Both the position numbers and the translations under genes were made by a program. The notes under the pieces were generated by a model, which was not told where the DNA came from, ran no database searches, and saw only the letters and a list, made by a program, of their open reading frames with translations. Below, in pieces: positions 25,740-38,269 of a stretch of DNA of 64,000 bases (positions within the stretch are counted from its first letter, which is position 1; every line of letters begins with the position of its first letter). This DNA comes from Lama glama (lineage: Eukaryota), in the NCBI GenBank assembly GCA_028534125.1, contig CM052824.1, positions 7,378,001-7,442,000 of the forward strand, read 5' to 3'.

Positions 25740-28143
25740 AATATATTTCTGCCCAAAACTATCCCAAAGTATAATGGCTTAATATATATTTATTATTAGT
25801 TCTCATAATTCTGTGGATTTAGTGAACCTAATTGTATGTCCTCATTATCTCTCATGCTGTTACCTTCAGGCGGGACCTGTGACTAGAATTACCTAAAGAC
25901 TTCTGACTTGCTCTCTGGTACCTGGGCTGGGAAGCTCTGAAAAACGCTGGACTATGGCCCCCCATATTCCCCCATGGAGCCTCTTACAATGGCTTAGTTG
26001 GATTATCTCATCGCAGAATAGCCGGACCTCTGACATCCCCTACAGTGAGTGTTCCAAGAGACAGGGAGATGGCGGTCCCAGTCATTAGACTCAGAACTGA
26101 AAACTGCCACAGTGTCACTCCCCCCATAATTTATTGCCCAGAAACTGCCCAGATTCAATAAACGAACATACACCCTATGTCCATGACAGAAATGTGCAAC
26201 AATTTGTAGCCATGTCTGATTTGCCACAGTCTTAGCTCTAGCCACAAAGTACTTACATTTCTCCAAAAGCCAAAATACGCTCATGCCCCCTGGAGACTTC
26301 CTGAAGCCTTACCTAGTTGTAATCTCGTGCTCAGGCCCCATTTCTGGATTGTGTCGCCTAAAGGAGCTCCAGGTGTAGATGAGGCTTCTGGCTGCGGCTC
26401 CCCCAGGACTTTTATTCAGTCAAAAGATCTGTGAACTTTGAAATAAGTTATCCGACCTTCACACAGACACATCCAACAAACACTGACGAGATGGTCTTAA
26501 GATAACTACAACAGACGCTCCCTTTCATGGAGGTGGGGGGAGAATAAGACCCAAGTTGCCGGCATTGAGGTCCATAGAAATCCTGAAATACAGCTGGACA
26601 CATGTGGACAACGCATCTGTTAGGGGCCTCCTCTGATCCTCAGAAGTGACTCCTTGACTCTGTTCTCAGGGGTTTAGCTATGCTCTTGAATTCACGCTTC
26701 CTTTTCCGTAAGAAATGGCCAGTATTTGACACTATGCAACCTTTTGATTCTGCTTCCTGTTTGTAGAAGCTTGGGGTCCTAAAGTCACTTTCCTTGTTTG
26801 TACTCTCCTTATCACTGTTAGACTAAGCTGATGGTACAGTTCTCTTAAAAACTTTTGAGTTCTCTGTAAGACTTGTTGGAGTTCACTCAAATAGAAAACA
26901 CATTTATTACAGACTGCCTCGAGACAAGCCCCTCCCCATCACTGACCACCCAGAAGACTGCTGGGAAATTACATCTCTAAGTCTATTAGAGATCCTTCTA
27001 TCTAGAAAGGAGAGTCTACAAGTCATTATCTGAAGTCTTTTAAGGACTTAAAAGAGGCTTTCATCCAGACTCTTGGTTTCTTCTTTACCCAAAAACCACA
27101 CTTTACTGTCTTAGAGTTGGTCTTTTCCCTGAGACCATGTCTTACTTTGAGAATATTTGACTAAGGGAAATGGAGAATGCGAGACAGTTTTAATTTCAGG
27201 TCTAGCATGTCTTGGCTCCTTTATGTTTCCTCTAAATTCTGCTGGAAGACTAAAACATTTTATCTTTAGATTACTTCTTGTTTCATATTTTATCTTAAGG
27301 GCCTATAAGAAGTCAGTTGGCACTTTCCATACCCTTCCTGGAAATCGCCCCCGTGAGACTGATGAGTTCATTTGGTGACCTTTCCATCTTCCCTATTACT
27401 GCAGATAAAAGAGCTGCCAAATGTTTGCCACTACATAAAAAGACTCCTTTTCTGTAACCTCTAAATGTTTTACTTGCAGTCTTTTGACCTCTCACTGACA
27501 GTCTCTTCAAGGCCCTTACAATTTTCAAAAATTTCCATCCAGCTTCTGTCACCTGTGCTCAAAGCCAGGGCCACATGTTTTAGGTTTGGGTAAAGGCAAG
27601 CCCCACTTCCTGCTGCCAAATGCTGTTCTGGTTATCTATTACTGTAAAACAAATAACTTCAAAGCGAGCTTATTAAAGCAATCATCATTTCATTATGTCT
27701 CATTCATTTGTGGGTCAGAAATAAGATCACGATGCAGGGAACTCTTCCGTTACGTTGCCTGGAGTTCTTTGGTGGTATGCTGGCTGAGGCTGGTACGGGT
27801 GGTCAAATATGGCTACTCATTTATCTGGCCTCACAGGGATGTCTGCAGAGCTGACCTCTTCTGGGACTGCCCACAAGGGTACCTACAAGTGACTTTTCTA
27901 GCTTAATAGTCTTAGGGTAAAAGGACTTCTTACATAGTGCCGTAAGACTCCAAAGAGAGTATATTGTAATATCTGGGTGGAAACTGAAGTATCTAGTGAC
28001 CTTGCCTTGGAAAGTCTACATTGTTATTCTACTTCATTCAATTGGTCCAGCAGGTCACCGCAACCTAAATTTAAGGTGAGAAGAAATTATGATCTGCCTC
28101 TTAATGAGAAGAGTGGCAAATAACTTGCAGCATTTTTAATACA
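25740..28143 (-). mobile_element. MaLR provirus: LTR (about 25740-26228), MLT1-int (about 26229-27623), LTR (about 27624-28143)
   Basis: Two MLT1-type LTRs flank about 1.4 kb of internal sequence; int 5' junction ccacatgttttagg...ccccacttcctgctgccaaa abuts LTR tgttctggttatctattactg. Confidence 0.75.
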
Positions 28144-28468
28144 GTGCATATTTCTACTGCACAGAACCATTTTTATAAAAACATATTTTGGTATAGACTT
28201 TTGAATATCTTCTATGTGGCAGTTGTTTTGAAACTGGCAGTTTATTTTCCAATAAATAATTCTGCTGTGTTTAAGATTTGTATCATTAGTCTTCAAAAAG
28301 AAATCTTTTGAATTGGAAGATAATAGTCTACAAATGCATGTTTAAAATCCTAACTATTTAAATGTTACAGGCATATGCAGTTATGGTTCTGTTCTGAAGC
28401 ACAAATATTTCTTTGGGAAGATAAAATATTACCTAGGGTGATGTAATGGTTTTGTTTAAAATTAAATT

Positions 28469-28593
28469 GGGGGAGTGGGTATAGCCTGGTGGTAGAGCTC
28501 ATGCTCAGCATGCACAAAGTCCTGGGTTCAATCCCCAGCACCTCCATTAAAAAAAAAAAAGATTAAAAATATAATTTAAAAAATAACAAAAAA
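28469..28593 (+). mobile_element. tRNA-derived SINE, camelid Vic-1-like
   Basis: gggggagtgggtatagcctggtggtagagc (A box)...gtcctgggttcaatcccc (B box) agcacctcca plus A-rich tail. Confidence 0.9.
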
Positions 28594-28702
28594 GTAAACT
28601 TGTGAAAGCTTTTCTCATTACAAAACTAATTCACATAAGCATCATATTAGGCCTTGCATAAGTAAATCTATACATTAGCTTTGATGAGAATACTATGTTA
28701 TT

Positions 28703-31240
28703 TGTGATAAAATACATTGCAAAACCAGCCCAAATTTTACCTTTCCCAAATCCCTGCCCTTACCAGGTAACTTCATAGCTTCTTTATAATTACTTTGTAA
28801 TCGCCCCTGACTCTGTTCTTGGCCACTGCACTCAGAAAGGACAGTGTGTCCAGTCTGAATCTGGGTTTTGTGAATCTTTCTACGCTTGTTCTTCTGCAAT
28901 TGCCATGACGACATGCTGAGATCAGCCTGCTGGAGAATAACTGACAAGTGGACCATAGCTGAGTTGCCCAAGTCACTCCAGCTAGAACTGGCCTAGATTG
29001 GCCAACAGTCAGCACACACTCAGACATGTGAGTGAGTCTGTAATCTAAAGAACTCCAAGTAGAGTGAAGCCTAAATCACCAGCACACACTCATCAGCTAA
29101 ATAATATTGATTGTTTTAAGTCATTTGCTTTTGAAATGGTTGCTCATTGAGCATCATTGTAACAAGAAATAACTGATACAGACATTGATAGTAGGAGGGG
29201 TTATGCTGTAACAAAAATCTAAACTATGGCACTGATTTGGGGACAAAGTGTCAGGGGAAGCCCAGAAGTACAGTGAAGAGATTTTAAAAGGAGGTTAGAA
29301 AAATGACAAGGGAGCTTCCAGAAAAAAACCTAAAATATAGTGACCATGTTATGTAATTGCAAAACACTTGGTAAAACTATTACCTGCTTTAACTTAGAAG
29401 ATAAAAAATGTAACTAACAAATATTTTATCTTGAACATAGAAATTTCCAGGCAAAAAGTTGAAAACACCAGTTGTTTCTTATTAACTGTATATGAGAAAA
29501 TGTACCACACTAGAGAGAGGAGCTCAGAATAGTGGCTGTGTGCAAACAGAAGATAAAGGGTCCAGAACCTGCAAAGTTGGAAACTAAAACTGTTTCTCAT
29601 CTCCAGCTTCTCATGCTAGACAAGACAGAAGGGGTAAGGAAAAATTAAAGGCGTGGCTTTATTACAATCTCAGAAAGGATTAAGCAATGAATAGTACCCT
29701 TCACTTGGACAAAAGGACTTCTAGAAACTGAGTGTCATGGTTCCAGTAGCAGCCTGAACAATCCAAACACCACAACCAAGTCGAGAGAGATGCAAGTCTC
29801 AAAAAGAACAGTGTGTATTGCTTTGAAGCTTGAAGATTTCTGGATCAAATATTTAACATACACTTAACGTTTTTGAAAGAGATGCATGGGCAAAAGAACA
29901 AACAAGCTGATCGAAAATGGATCAAGACTTCTCAAAATGTAAATAGACCATTAGGATCCCCAACTGCTATGGTTAGGAAACTAGCTTTGAATGATCTTTA
30001 CAGAGCAAAATGTCCAGTGCTGCCTTTAGAAGTGGTGGAGGTGCTCATGGAAAGGGAAAGCTGTCCCAGAGAGCTGAGCTAAATAAAAGCTGCAGAGAGT
30101 AACAGAATGAGAAATACTTCCTAGGTGTCAGAATTGCTCCTAACTAAGAACATTCTCCATCGCCGGAATAGAGGACCTGGCTATAATTGCCCAGTGCAAT
30201 TCAGAACTTCTAGATGAGTGAACCTCTAAAGAGCCTCAGATTCTTTGTCTTTGCAAACGGTAGTACTGATCGTTATAACCTGCTGCTTTTTCAGCACTGC
30301 ACGCTGGGTGTGAGTGGGACAGAAAACTTACCTTCTTTGGCTCATAGGACTTTAGATTAAAAATAAAGAAAAAAACCATATGATATCGCTCATATGTGGA
30401 ATCTCAAAAACAAAAACAAAAACAAACAAACAAACAAAACAAAGCGTAAATACAGGTCAGAAATAGACTCATAGACATAGAATACAGACTTGTGGTTGCC
30501 AGGGGGGTGGAGGGTAGGAAGGGATAGACTGGGATTTCAAAATTGTAGAATAGATAAACAAGATTATACTGTAAAGCACAGGGAAATATACACAAAATCT
30601 TATGGTAGCTCACAGAGAAACAAATGTGACAATGAGTGTGTATATGTCCATGAATGACTGAAAAATTGTGCTGAACACTGGAATTTGACACAACATTGTA
30701 AAATGATTATAAATCAATAAAAAATGTTAAAAAAAAAACTCCATTTGGATTCATGCAGACCACAGGACCCTAGAGTTGGGCTTAGGCGTGATTGGATGAG
30801 AGGTGAGTATAGTTTGTAAAAGAGCAGACTAGGGTCTTGCAACATTGCTCAAATTCTTCATCTCTCTGGATTCACATTTTTTGACTTGTAAATTTGTAGC
30901 AGTCTTTATCTCCGACCCTTGGCTCATGCATGTGACCTGTTTTGACCAACAAAATTGTGAGCTCAGAGGATTTACAAGATTCTATGTTTTCTGTGTTGAA
31001 GTCAGCCATCACCCTAATGGCATGCCCAGTTACATCAGAGCTACATGGAGGATAGCTGAGCCAGTCCCTCAATCTTCCAAACTAGGACCATATCAGGTTT
31101 ATCCCCAGACATGTGAATGAGCCCAGCAAAGTTCTCAAAATTACCAAGATGAGCCCAGTGAAAATGACCTCTTGCATTCGTCCACATAATTAATACTTAT
31201 TGTTTTAAGCCATTATGATTCAGGGCTGTTCTTTAGTATT
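28703..31240 (+). mobile_element. MaLR provirus, MLT1G-like: 5' LTR 28703-29180, int, 3' LTR about 30830-31240
   Basis: 5' LTR tgtg...aactgataca; int start gctgtaacaaaaatctaaa; both LTRs share cagacatgtga(g/a)tgag and ttgttttaag(t/c)catt. Confidence 0.8.
30362..30738 (+). mobile_element. Young (camelid-type) L1 3' end inserted in MLT1-int
   Basis: ccatatgatatcgctcatatgtggaatct...(CAAAAA/CAAA)n...gcacagggaaatatacacaa...aatcaataaaaaatgttaaaaaaaaaa. Confidence 0.9.
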
Positions 31241-31259
31241 TCATTAGATTTTTGATCTG

Positions 31260-31800
31260 TTACCTTTAAAACTTTTTATGAAATATTTCAGGCAAACATA
31301 AAACTATTGGTAATCCTAAAATTAAGATCTGTATATCTAACCAGGATAAGAAATAAACAGTCTAAATATATTTAAAGCTTCCATATATAATTTACAATCA
31401 GATTTCCTTTCTTTCTTATCCTCCAGAGATAACAACAATCTTTTATGATTTTTAATTATCCCCAAGAGTTTTCATAATTCTACTATGTAGGTATTTTTTC
31501 TCTGTAAACAAAATATGACATTGTTTTACATTTAAAAAATTTATTTGGTAGTAATATTTTTTGTCATCTGCAATGACTTTTTATACTCAATGTTAACTAC
31601 TTTTAGTTTTTACCATTTTTAGTTTTTACCATTTTAAAATGCATTACTCCAGCTCAATCCTTTTCATTATTGTATTGCATTACTTTATATGGCCATGCCA
31701 CAAGTCACTGAAGAATTTCCTCTATATGGACATTATGTTACCATGTTAGGCCATCAGACACCATTTTGTATATTGGCCAGATATAAGACTTCAGTTTTTA
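31260..31800 (-). mobile_element. Old L1ME-type 3' fragment
   Basis: ttttatgaaatatttcagg...ccagagataacaacaatc...tctgcaatgacttttt. Confidence 0.6.
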
Positions 31801-33429
31801 ATTTATATCCTACTGTTCTGAGTGACTAAAAGCAATGAAAAGTCTTAACCCAGCATGTATTTTATTCATGGTTCAGAATGTGTCTTATGTGTTCATCTAA
31901 CAAACATCAGCTCTAAGACTGTTCCCATTGACGTACGTCATTCTGTGCCACCATGCACAAGTAGCAACGTTCACATAAACACAGATCGGCTTCAACCGCC
32001 AGGAGCACCAAGAAATTAAAAAAATAATGACATGTATTTACTCTTCTAGATAGATGTATTCAATGTACTATCAATCCTAGAAAACAAGTTGCATTATTTG
32101 CTCACAGTTTAGAAGAGTCAAAACAGACTCCTTAGCAATTCACTTTATAGTCTTGGCCTGGGATCACTGCGCTAAGTGTGAATTAGAGTACAGAAAAGGA
32201 CTTCGTGTGTGATTGGCTAACCTTCTGTAATGAGAAGGCAGTATTGAGAGTTTTAAGTGTGTGGTAAAGGCCTCTTAGAAGGATAGTAATGAAGAACTAA
32301 ACTAAAATAAAATTAAATATTTATTTTATTATTCAGTCTGTCTCTTAGTGATTCTACATGGGGCTTGCTTAGCGCTAAGTAGACACAAAATGTTATTTTT
32401 ACAAAGCAGCGCATGTGTAACTGACAGAAGCCGTTATTTCAATAGGCCCAGAAACGTTAAAAGCTGTATATTCGTATGAATCTTTGTGACCTCTACTCTC
32501 GTTGATGCCTGTGCTGTAAACCTTATTTTAATACGAAAATGCTTATGTTGAAAATCTGCATGCTCCATTTCACTTACTGTTAAGTGGAGCTTGATTTTTT
32601 CAAACATGAGAAAATCCAAATGTCTAGACAGACACATATTAAAGAACCATACCGATTACTTCTTATGTCTCAAGATAATACTATTAGAAAGAATTGAGAC
32701 TCATAATCATTTTTTAACAGAACAAAGACTGACCTAGTTTAACTGTCCTTACTTGTAGTAGTAACAACAGTTTCTGTTTCTAGCTTGGTTTATCTATCTT
32801 GGTCTATCTTATTTCTATCATTTATAACACTTCAGAGTCCACAGAACAGAGTTAAGAGTTTACATTATATAATTACCAAATTTTTTTCTTAGAAATAAAT
32901 TATTTAAATGACAATGATCTAGTCACTTTTTGAAGAAAGTGGTTTGTAAACATTTAGATTTTACACTCCTTAAGTAATGCTGAACTGTGTCAAATTGCTG
33001 CACTTTGTCTTTTCAAATTGTCACAGTTTTAGAGCAATCCATTTCCTTTCACTCATCGAGGTATTAAATACTTTTATAAAGATATTTTCTAGTTATTTTG
33101 AATTACTATTGATGTAAACTTTGTTAAAAAATTCTGAATAAGCAATAATATGACTAGGTGTCATGTACAAATTTCAATATAATAGTTTCTGAATCATATT
33201 ACAAATAACTAAGCATTCATTCAGGCCATAAATTCTCAAATTGAAATCTTTACATGTTTTTAAGCAATATTTTCCATTCAAAATACCAAACAAATTGCTT
33301 TCAGAATCAATGCATTAATGGTCATTAGCAAAACAAAATCTAAGAGTTTAATGTAGTGAACAACAGTCTTTATATTTTAATTCAAATCTATTCTTCTAAA
33401 GTTGAGACATTTCTACTGTTATCTGAGAC

Positions 33430-34020
33430 TCTGTTATTTATTGCTATGCAAAAAATTACTCCAAAGTCTGTTGGCTTAACACAACCTCAATCTGTTATTA
33501 CTCACAGTCCAGTGGGTTGCCTGAGCAGTTTTTCTGTTGGCATCACCTGGAATCACTCAGCTGCATTCAACTGCAGGTCAACCAGTAGCTAAGCTCAGCC
33601 AAGGATGGTTGAGACAGTTGAGTCTTTCTCCCCATGTGGCCTTTTATTTCAAAGGAGGCACCATTGATTTCTGATTTTGGTCATTTTAGGGTTTCAAAAG
33701 GGCTAGGCTGGCTATGTAATCTGTGATGTTAAGAGCAGAATATTTCACCAAAGTAGGCCCTGCTGAGTGTGGGGCTCTGTAAGGCTGCAGAAGCTGCATG
33801 CACAGAAGCCCTGAAAAAGGGCAACAGTGGAAGCTACAGAATTTCTTGGAATCCTGGATCTTGAGTCACACAACGCCACACCTGCCAGATCCTATGGGTT
33901 AATTCAAGCCCAAGGCCAGTGCATATTCCAAGGAGTAGACCAGAATGGGAAGAATTTCATATTTGATGATCATATTTTTCATCCTAATATTTGTGATCAT
34001 ATTTTTTGATCTATTATAAG
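33430..34020 (-). mobile_element. MLT1 (I/J-like) solo LTR
   Basis: tattgctatgcaaaaaattactccaaa...ggcttaacacaac...tcagctgcattcaactg...gtggaagctac...gagtcacacaacgccac. Confidence 0.8.
33704..33814. mobile_element. MER45-like hAT MITE inserted in the MLT1 LTR
   Basis: ggctggctatgtaatctgtg...ggggctctgtaaggctgcag...gccctg flanked by the 8-bp direct repeat aaaagggc (33696-33703, 33815-33822). Confidence 0.65.
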
Positions 34021-34199
34021 GGTTTTTTTTTAAATTCTGCCCCTTCTTATATCATCTAATCACCCTCAGCATTCTCACCCTTTCAAAAAAAGATAATCTT
34101 TAAAAACTTTAATTAAATGATTTAATAAATTCGGATGCACTCTGCCTTTTCTCATTCTGTTTACTTAATTTCAGAATTTGACTTTTTGGCACATCTTTT

Positions 34200-34435
34200 A
34201 ACCAACTTTGTCTAGTTCACCCTTCGCCTACCCTCTACATCTGGAAACCACAAATCTGATCTCTTTTTCTATGAGTTTGTTTGTGAGTTTGTTTGTGTGT
34301 TTATTTGTTTGCTGACATACAATTGACCTACAACATTGTGTTAGTTCCTGGTGCACAATACAGTGATTCAGTTTTTCTATACATTACAAAATGATCCCCA
34401 TGGTAAGTCTAGTTACTGTCTGTCATCATAGATGT
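34200..34435 (-). mobile_element. L1 3' end fragment (laurasiatherian type)
   Basis: tctggaaaccacaaatctgatctctttttctatgagttt...aattgacctacaacattgtgttagttcctggtg...taagtctagttac. Confidence 0.85.
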
Positions 34436-36263
34436 CACCAAAATTTAACCAGGAGAGAAGGTTGAAAATGAATTAGAATTAAAATTAAGATTAATTTATA
34501 TAAATTTTTAAAATTATTAAAATGCTATAGATTTTTTAATCTATTATATATATGCTGAAAAATGTATTTGGAAGGAAAAAGGGAATTTCTAGGATCATCA
34601 GGTTGTTTATTACACTATGTAGAGATGTCTGCCAGATAAGTCACCATGAACAAATGCATCAGGCGGCTGTGGATGGAGCAGTTCCATTTCAACAACGTAG
34701 AGCTGTGTAATAATCTCCAGGTGCAGTGTGAGCCCCAGTAAGCACTGAAGTTCTGTATAGTTCAAATGAGAATTAACCTCCGAGAGTGCAAAATAGATCT
34801 CGCTGTGACCACATATTTCTGACCTGTAGTTAAAAGGAACTAGTTTGCTTTAAAGAGGACAAAAAAGAAAAAGACTTTATAAACCAAAATCTTTAAATCC
34901 AAGGAAAAAAGGGAAAAATCTGGGATGCTGTCATTTTCACTGTGGGCCACCAGTGTCCTTAGAAGCAGCCATGCTAAGGTCACTCTGCTATGATTTGCAA
35001 TGAAAGGCTCTTTTATAATATAGACAGATTCAGTTCATGTTCCCACGAACACCTGGATGTTTTTGGCAGTATTTTAATACTATCTTCTGATTTTAACTTC
35101 TGTTTAAATGCAACCTTACCTTTAAAAGCAATGGGCCCGAATTGTCTCCATCAATTCTGATCCTTCAATGACAGTCTATTGTAGCGTCTCTACACTCTGA
35201 TTCTAGATTTGCATTGTCTTCCTCTCCTGTTGTCTGAAACAATGGAGGGGGTAGATGTAGAAAGGAAATTGATGTATTTTGTCGTAAATGATGACTGCTG
35301 TAGAGACTCCGTTGGATTTATCGCAAGGAGGGAGTAAAAAATTTGGTAACTGAGACCCGCAGAAGAATGTCCTAGTGTCTTCCAACAAGAACTCAAGATT
35401 TTTGTTATTATTGGAGTTTTCCCACTTGAGAAAGATACAGTGAAAGAGGAGAGAAAAGCAGTGATGTCTGTTTCCAACTTCAGGGTAATTGAGGGATTGG
35501 ATCATTCTGCTGAAAGTGCACCAAAGAGAAGAAAACCCATTACTGGGAAGGGACGAAGAACTCGGGAGAGGCCAGATTGCCAGAAGTGTCGATCTCACAG
35601 CACTGAGCGCAGGCGTGAGACAGGGCCCTCCCCCCCCCCCCCGCAGCTTCAGACAGAAGGACTCCTTCCTGCCCCTGCACTGATGGATCATGAGTGAGGC
35701 TGGGAACAGGCTGGGCTTTGTGGGAATTTTCAGCTTTCCATATGCTATTGACTACTGCCAGGCTGCATTATGTTAATTAAACCTCTTCTTCCAAAGTGGT
35801 GATTACAAAAGAGGTCTGCCAATGTCCAGCATAGTGTAGAAGCCCAGGAAGAGAGGATGCGGGCTCTGCCAAGAGACGAGGGGAAGCCCCAACACCAGGA
35901 CCCCAGGCGTTTTGGGGAGAGTTTACTCACAACAAGATTAAGTGGTTTCTAGATGTGCACATGAAACAGTGAACTCAGCCCCAATAAAGCACTGTGAGTG
36001 GTAGATACCTTGGAGCCAAATTTACTAATTAGAATAATCTCAAATGACCCTGCATCAGAAAAAAAGAATAAATGAGTGCTTTCCTCTGCAGGACCACTGT
36101 GCTGTTCCACCCACCCACTTCCCGTTAGATGCTGTGTTTGAAATGGGAACTTTCACACCAGCACCGAGAGAGAGTGAGACACTGAAAAGTGTGTGTAAGG
36201 AGATCCAGTTATTTGTAAAATAATGACAAAATAACCTCTATGTGGCTGTAGATAAATATTTTC

Positions 36264-36285
36264 TAGATAGATGGATGGATGGATG

Positions 36286-36334
<49 letters not shown>
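36264..36334. repeat. Compound (TGGA)n(TAGA)n tetranucleotide microsatellite
   Basis: Seen directly. Confidence 0.97.
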
Positions 36335-36578
36335 TTTTGTAATTATATAAGCCTGAAGGAAAATAAATGTGATATAGAAAAGGGGAGGAGAGAGATGAAG
36401 AGACTTCAAAAAGACAAAAAAAAAAAACTCCTTCTTAAAAAAGTTACAAACATGTATATTATTCATTTTAAATGCTGTATTTCTATAAGATTATGTAGCA
36501 TGCACAAGTAATGACAAAATCTGAAAAACATCATGTAGTCTAAAACATTGATTCTTGAAAGAATACAAAGTTACTTCT

Positions 36579-36772
36579 TTTCTTTTGCTTTTTCGTTCTT
36601 TATTTTTTATTGAAGTATAGTCCGTTTATGTTATATCAGTTTCTGGTGTACAGCATAATGCTTCAGTCATACATGTACATACATATATTTATTTTCATAT
36701 TCTTTTCCATTATAGATTACTACAAGATATTGAATATAGCTCCCTGTGCTATACAGTATAAACTTGTTGTTC
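36579..36772 (-). mobile_element. 5'-truncated young L1 with perfect 14-bp TSD
   Basis: acaaagttacttct at 36565-36578 and 36773-36786; T-rich tail; ctacaagatattgaatatagctccctgtgctatacagta. Confidence 0.92.
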
Positions 36773-38269
36773 ACAAAGTTACTTCTAGACTCCTTTCATG
36801 TTAATTCCTGAACAAGTAAGTGTCTGGACAGCCATTAATAGTTATGAAATATTTATTAGAAGCAACTAAATGCCAGGCATTATTCTCATTGTGGGTCCCA
36901 ACAGCCTCCTTCCTTGTCATCACTCCTCTTAACACATCATAAGAACAATAACATAGTGTGATGCACCACGTGCTGCGAAAAAGAGACTTCATGGTGGAGC
37001 CAACTCTACCAGATAATAGCCAACTGCAGTCGGAGTGGAGGTTGAAAAATGGAGATGTTCATAAATTCATAGCACAAAGGTGAAAGATGGAAGTATCTAA
37101 CTGTGTCTTGGCCACAGGCACCCACACATACATATTTACTCTCTAGATAAAATTATCTCAAAAAATGTAATGATTTTTTAAACATAAAATTTTTAAAGTA
37201 CTATTTGATTCCATAACTTTTCATTTTCTTAACACATTTACCTTGTGGTAATGTACAAGAAGATCAGTTCTTTACAGCAGTTGAATAATTGCGTGGAAAA
37301 TCACTCTTCTGTAATAAGTACCCACCTTGCTTTTGTTCTTCCCTGGTCTCCAGGATGTGGATGAAGATGCAACCTGATTTTCAGCTAGCCTGTGAAAAAA
37401 TTGTGTTGATGTCAGAAGCCTAATACTATTGTCCTTTCACTGGCAAAACTCCCAGTGAGGTCAGTCAGAGCTCTCCTTCTGACCTCAGGAGAGGGCAGTA
37501 GGGTCCCAGCACAGGGGAAAACATGAACAGCTGTTTGGTTGCTACACACAGTTGGGAACATTTGAGTTCCTTTAACTCCCACTGGGATGCTGACCTTGAA
37601 TTCAAGCAGAGCAGCAGAGTATTAGGAAGAGAGACTTGCTTTGGGAAAACTTGTGTCCCTTTTACTTCAGTATTTCTGCAACCATTTTTAAATTTCTCAG
37701 GAGTTCTACCATGAAGATTAAATTCAGAAACTTGACTAGCGAGGTGTGTGAGGGTGGAGGTAGGGATGCCAAAGCTGAGAAGAGGAAGAGAAGGAGTATT
37801 TGACCAGGTGCGAAATTACCTGGGAAGATGAGAAATAACTTTCCATGACTATATTTTCAGATAAGCCAAAATTACAACAATCAATACAATAGATAAACTT
37901 CAACAGCATATCCCAGTAAGTTATGTTCTTAATCCCCAAAACATTTTTAATATTTTCCAAGTCAGTAAAGTAAGCTATATGATTTTTCCTTATCACATGC
38001 TATTACAAAACAAAACTATTTACTAGAACACAAAATGTAATATCTGAATTATTGCTGGAATCGTTTCACTTTAGTCACATGTACGATTAATAGCAACTTG
38101 ATTAAGAAGTATTCTAAGACTGAGCCCTGACTTTCTCATTATTATATATTCTTTTTTTATTGATTGATGATACTTAATTCACTATGCATTACAGAGATTG
38201 TTTGTTGGCAGGATTTTTGGTTGACTTTTTCCTCTGAGGTTTAATTTTGACTAAAAAAAAAAATGCTTA

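Noticed and set aside
28469-28546. tRNA-like A and B boxes
   Set aside because: SINE head with an A-rich tail and sister copies in the window; not a tRNA gene
31601-31632. 16-bp tandem duplication ttttagtttttaccat x2
   Set aside because: Ordinary slippage inside an old L1
35190-35697. Overlapping ORFs of up to 162 aa on both strands
   Set aside because: No recognisable protein; poly-G/poly-P segments come from the C13 run; no convincing splice structure
37812-37850. Faint resemblance to the U1 snRNA 5' end (ttacctgg)
   Set aside because: Match is only about 8 nt and the rest does not align
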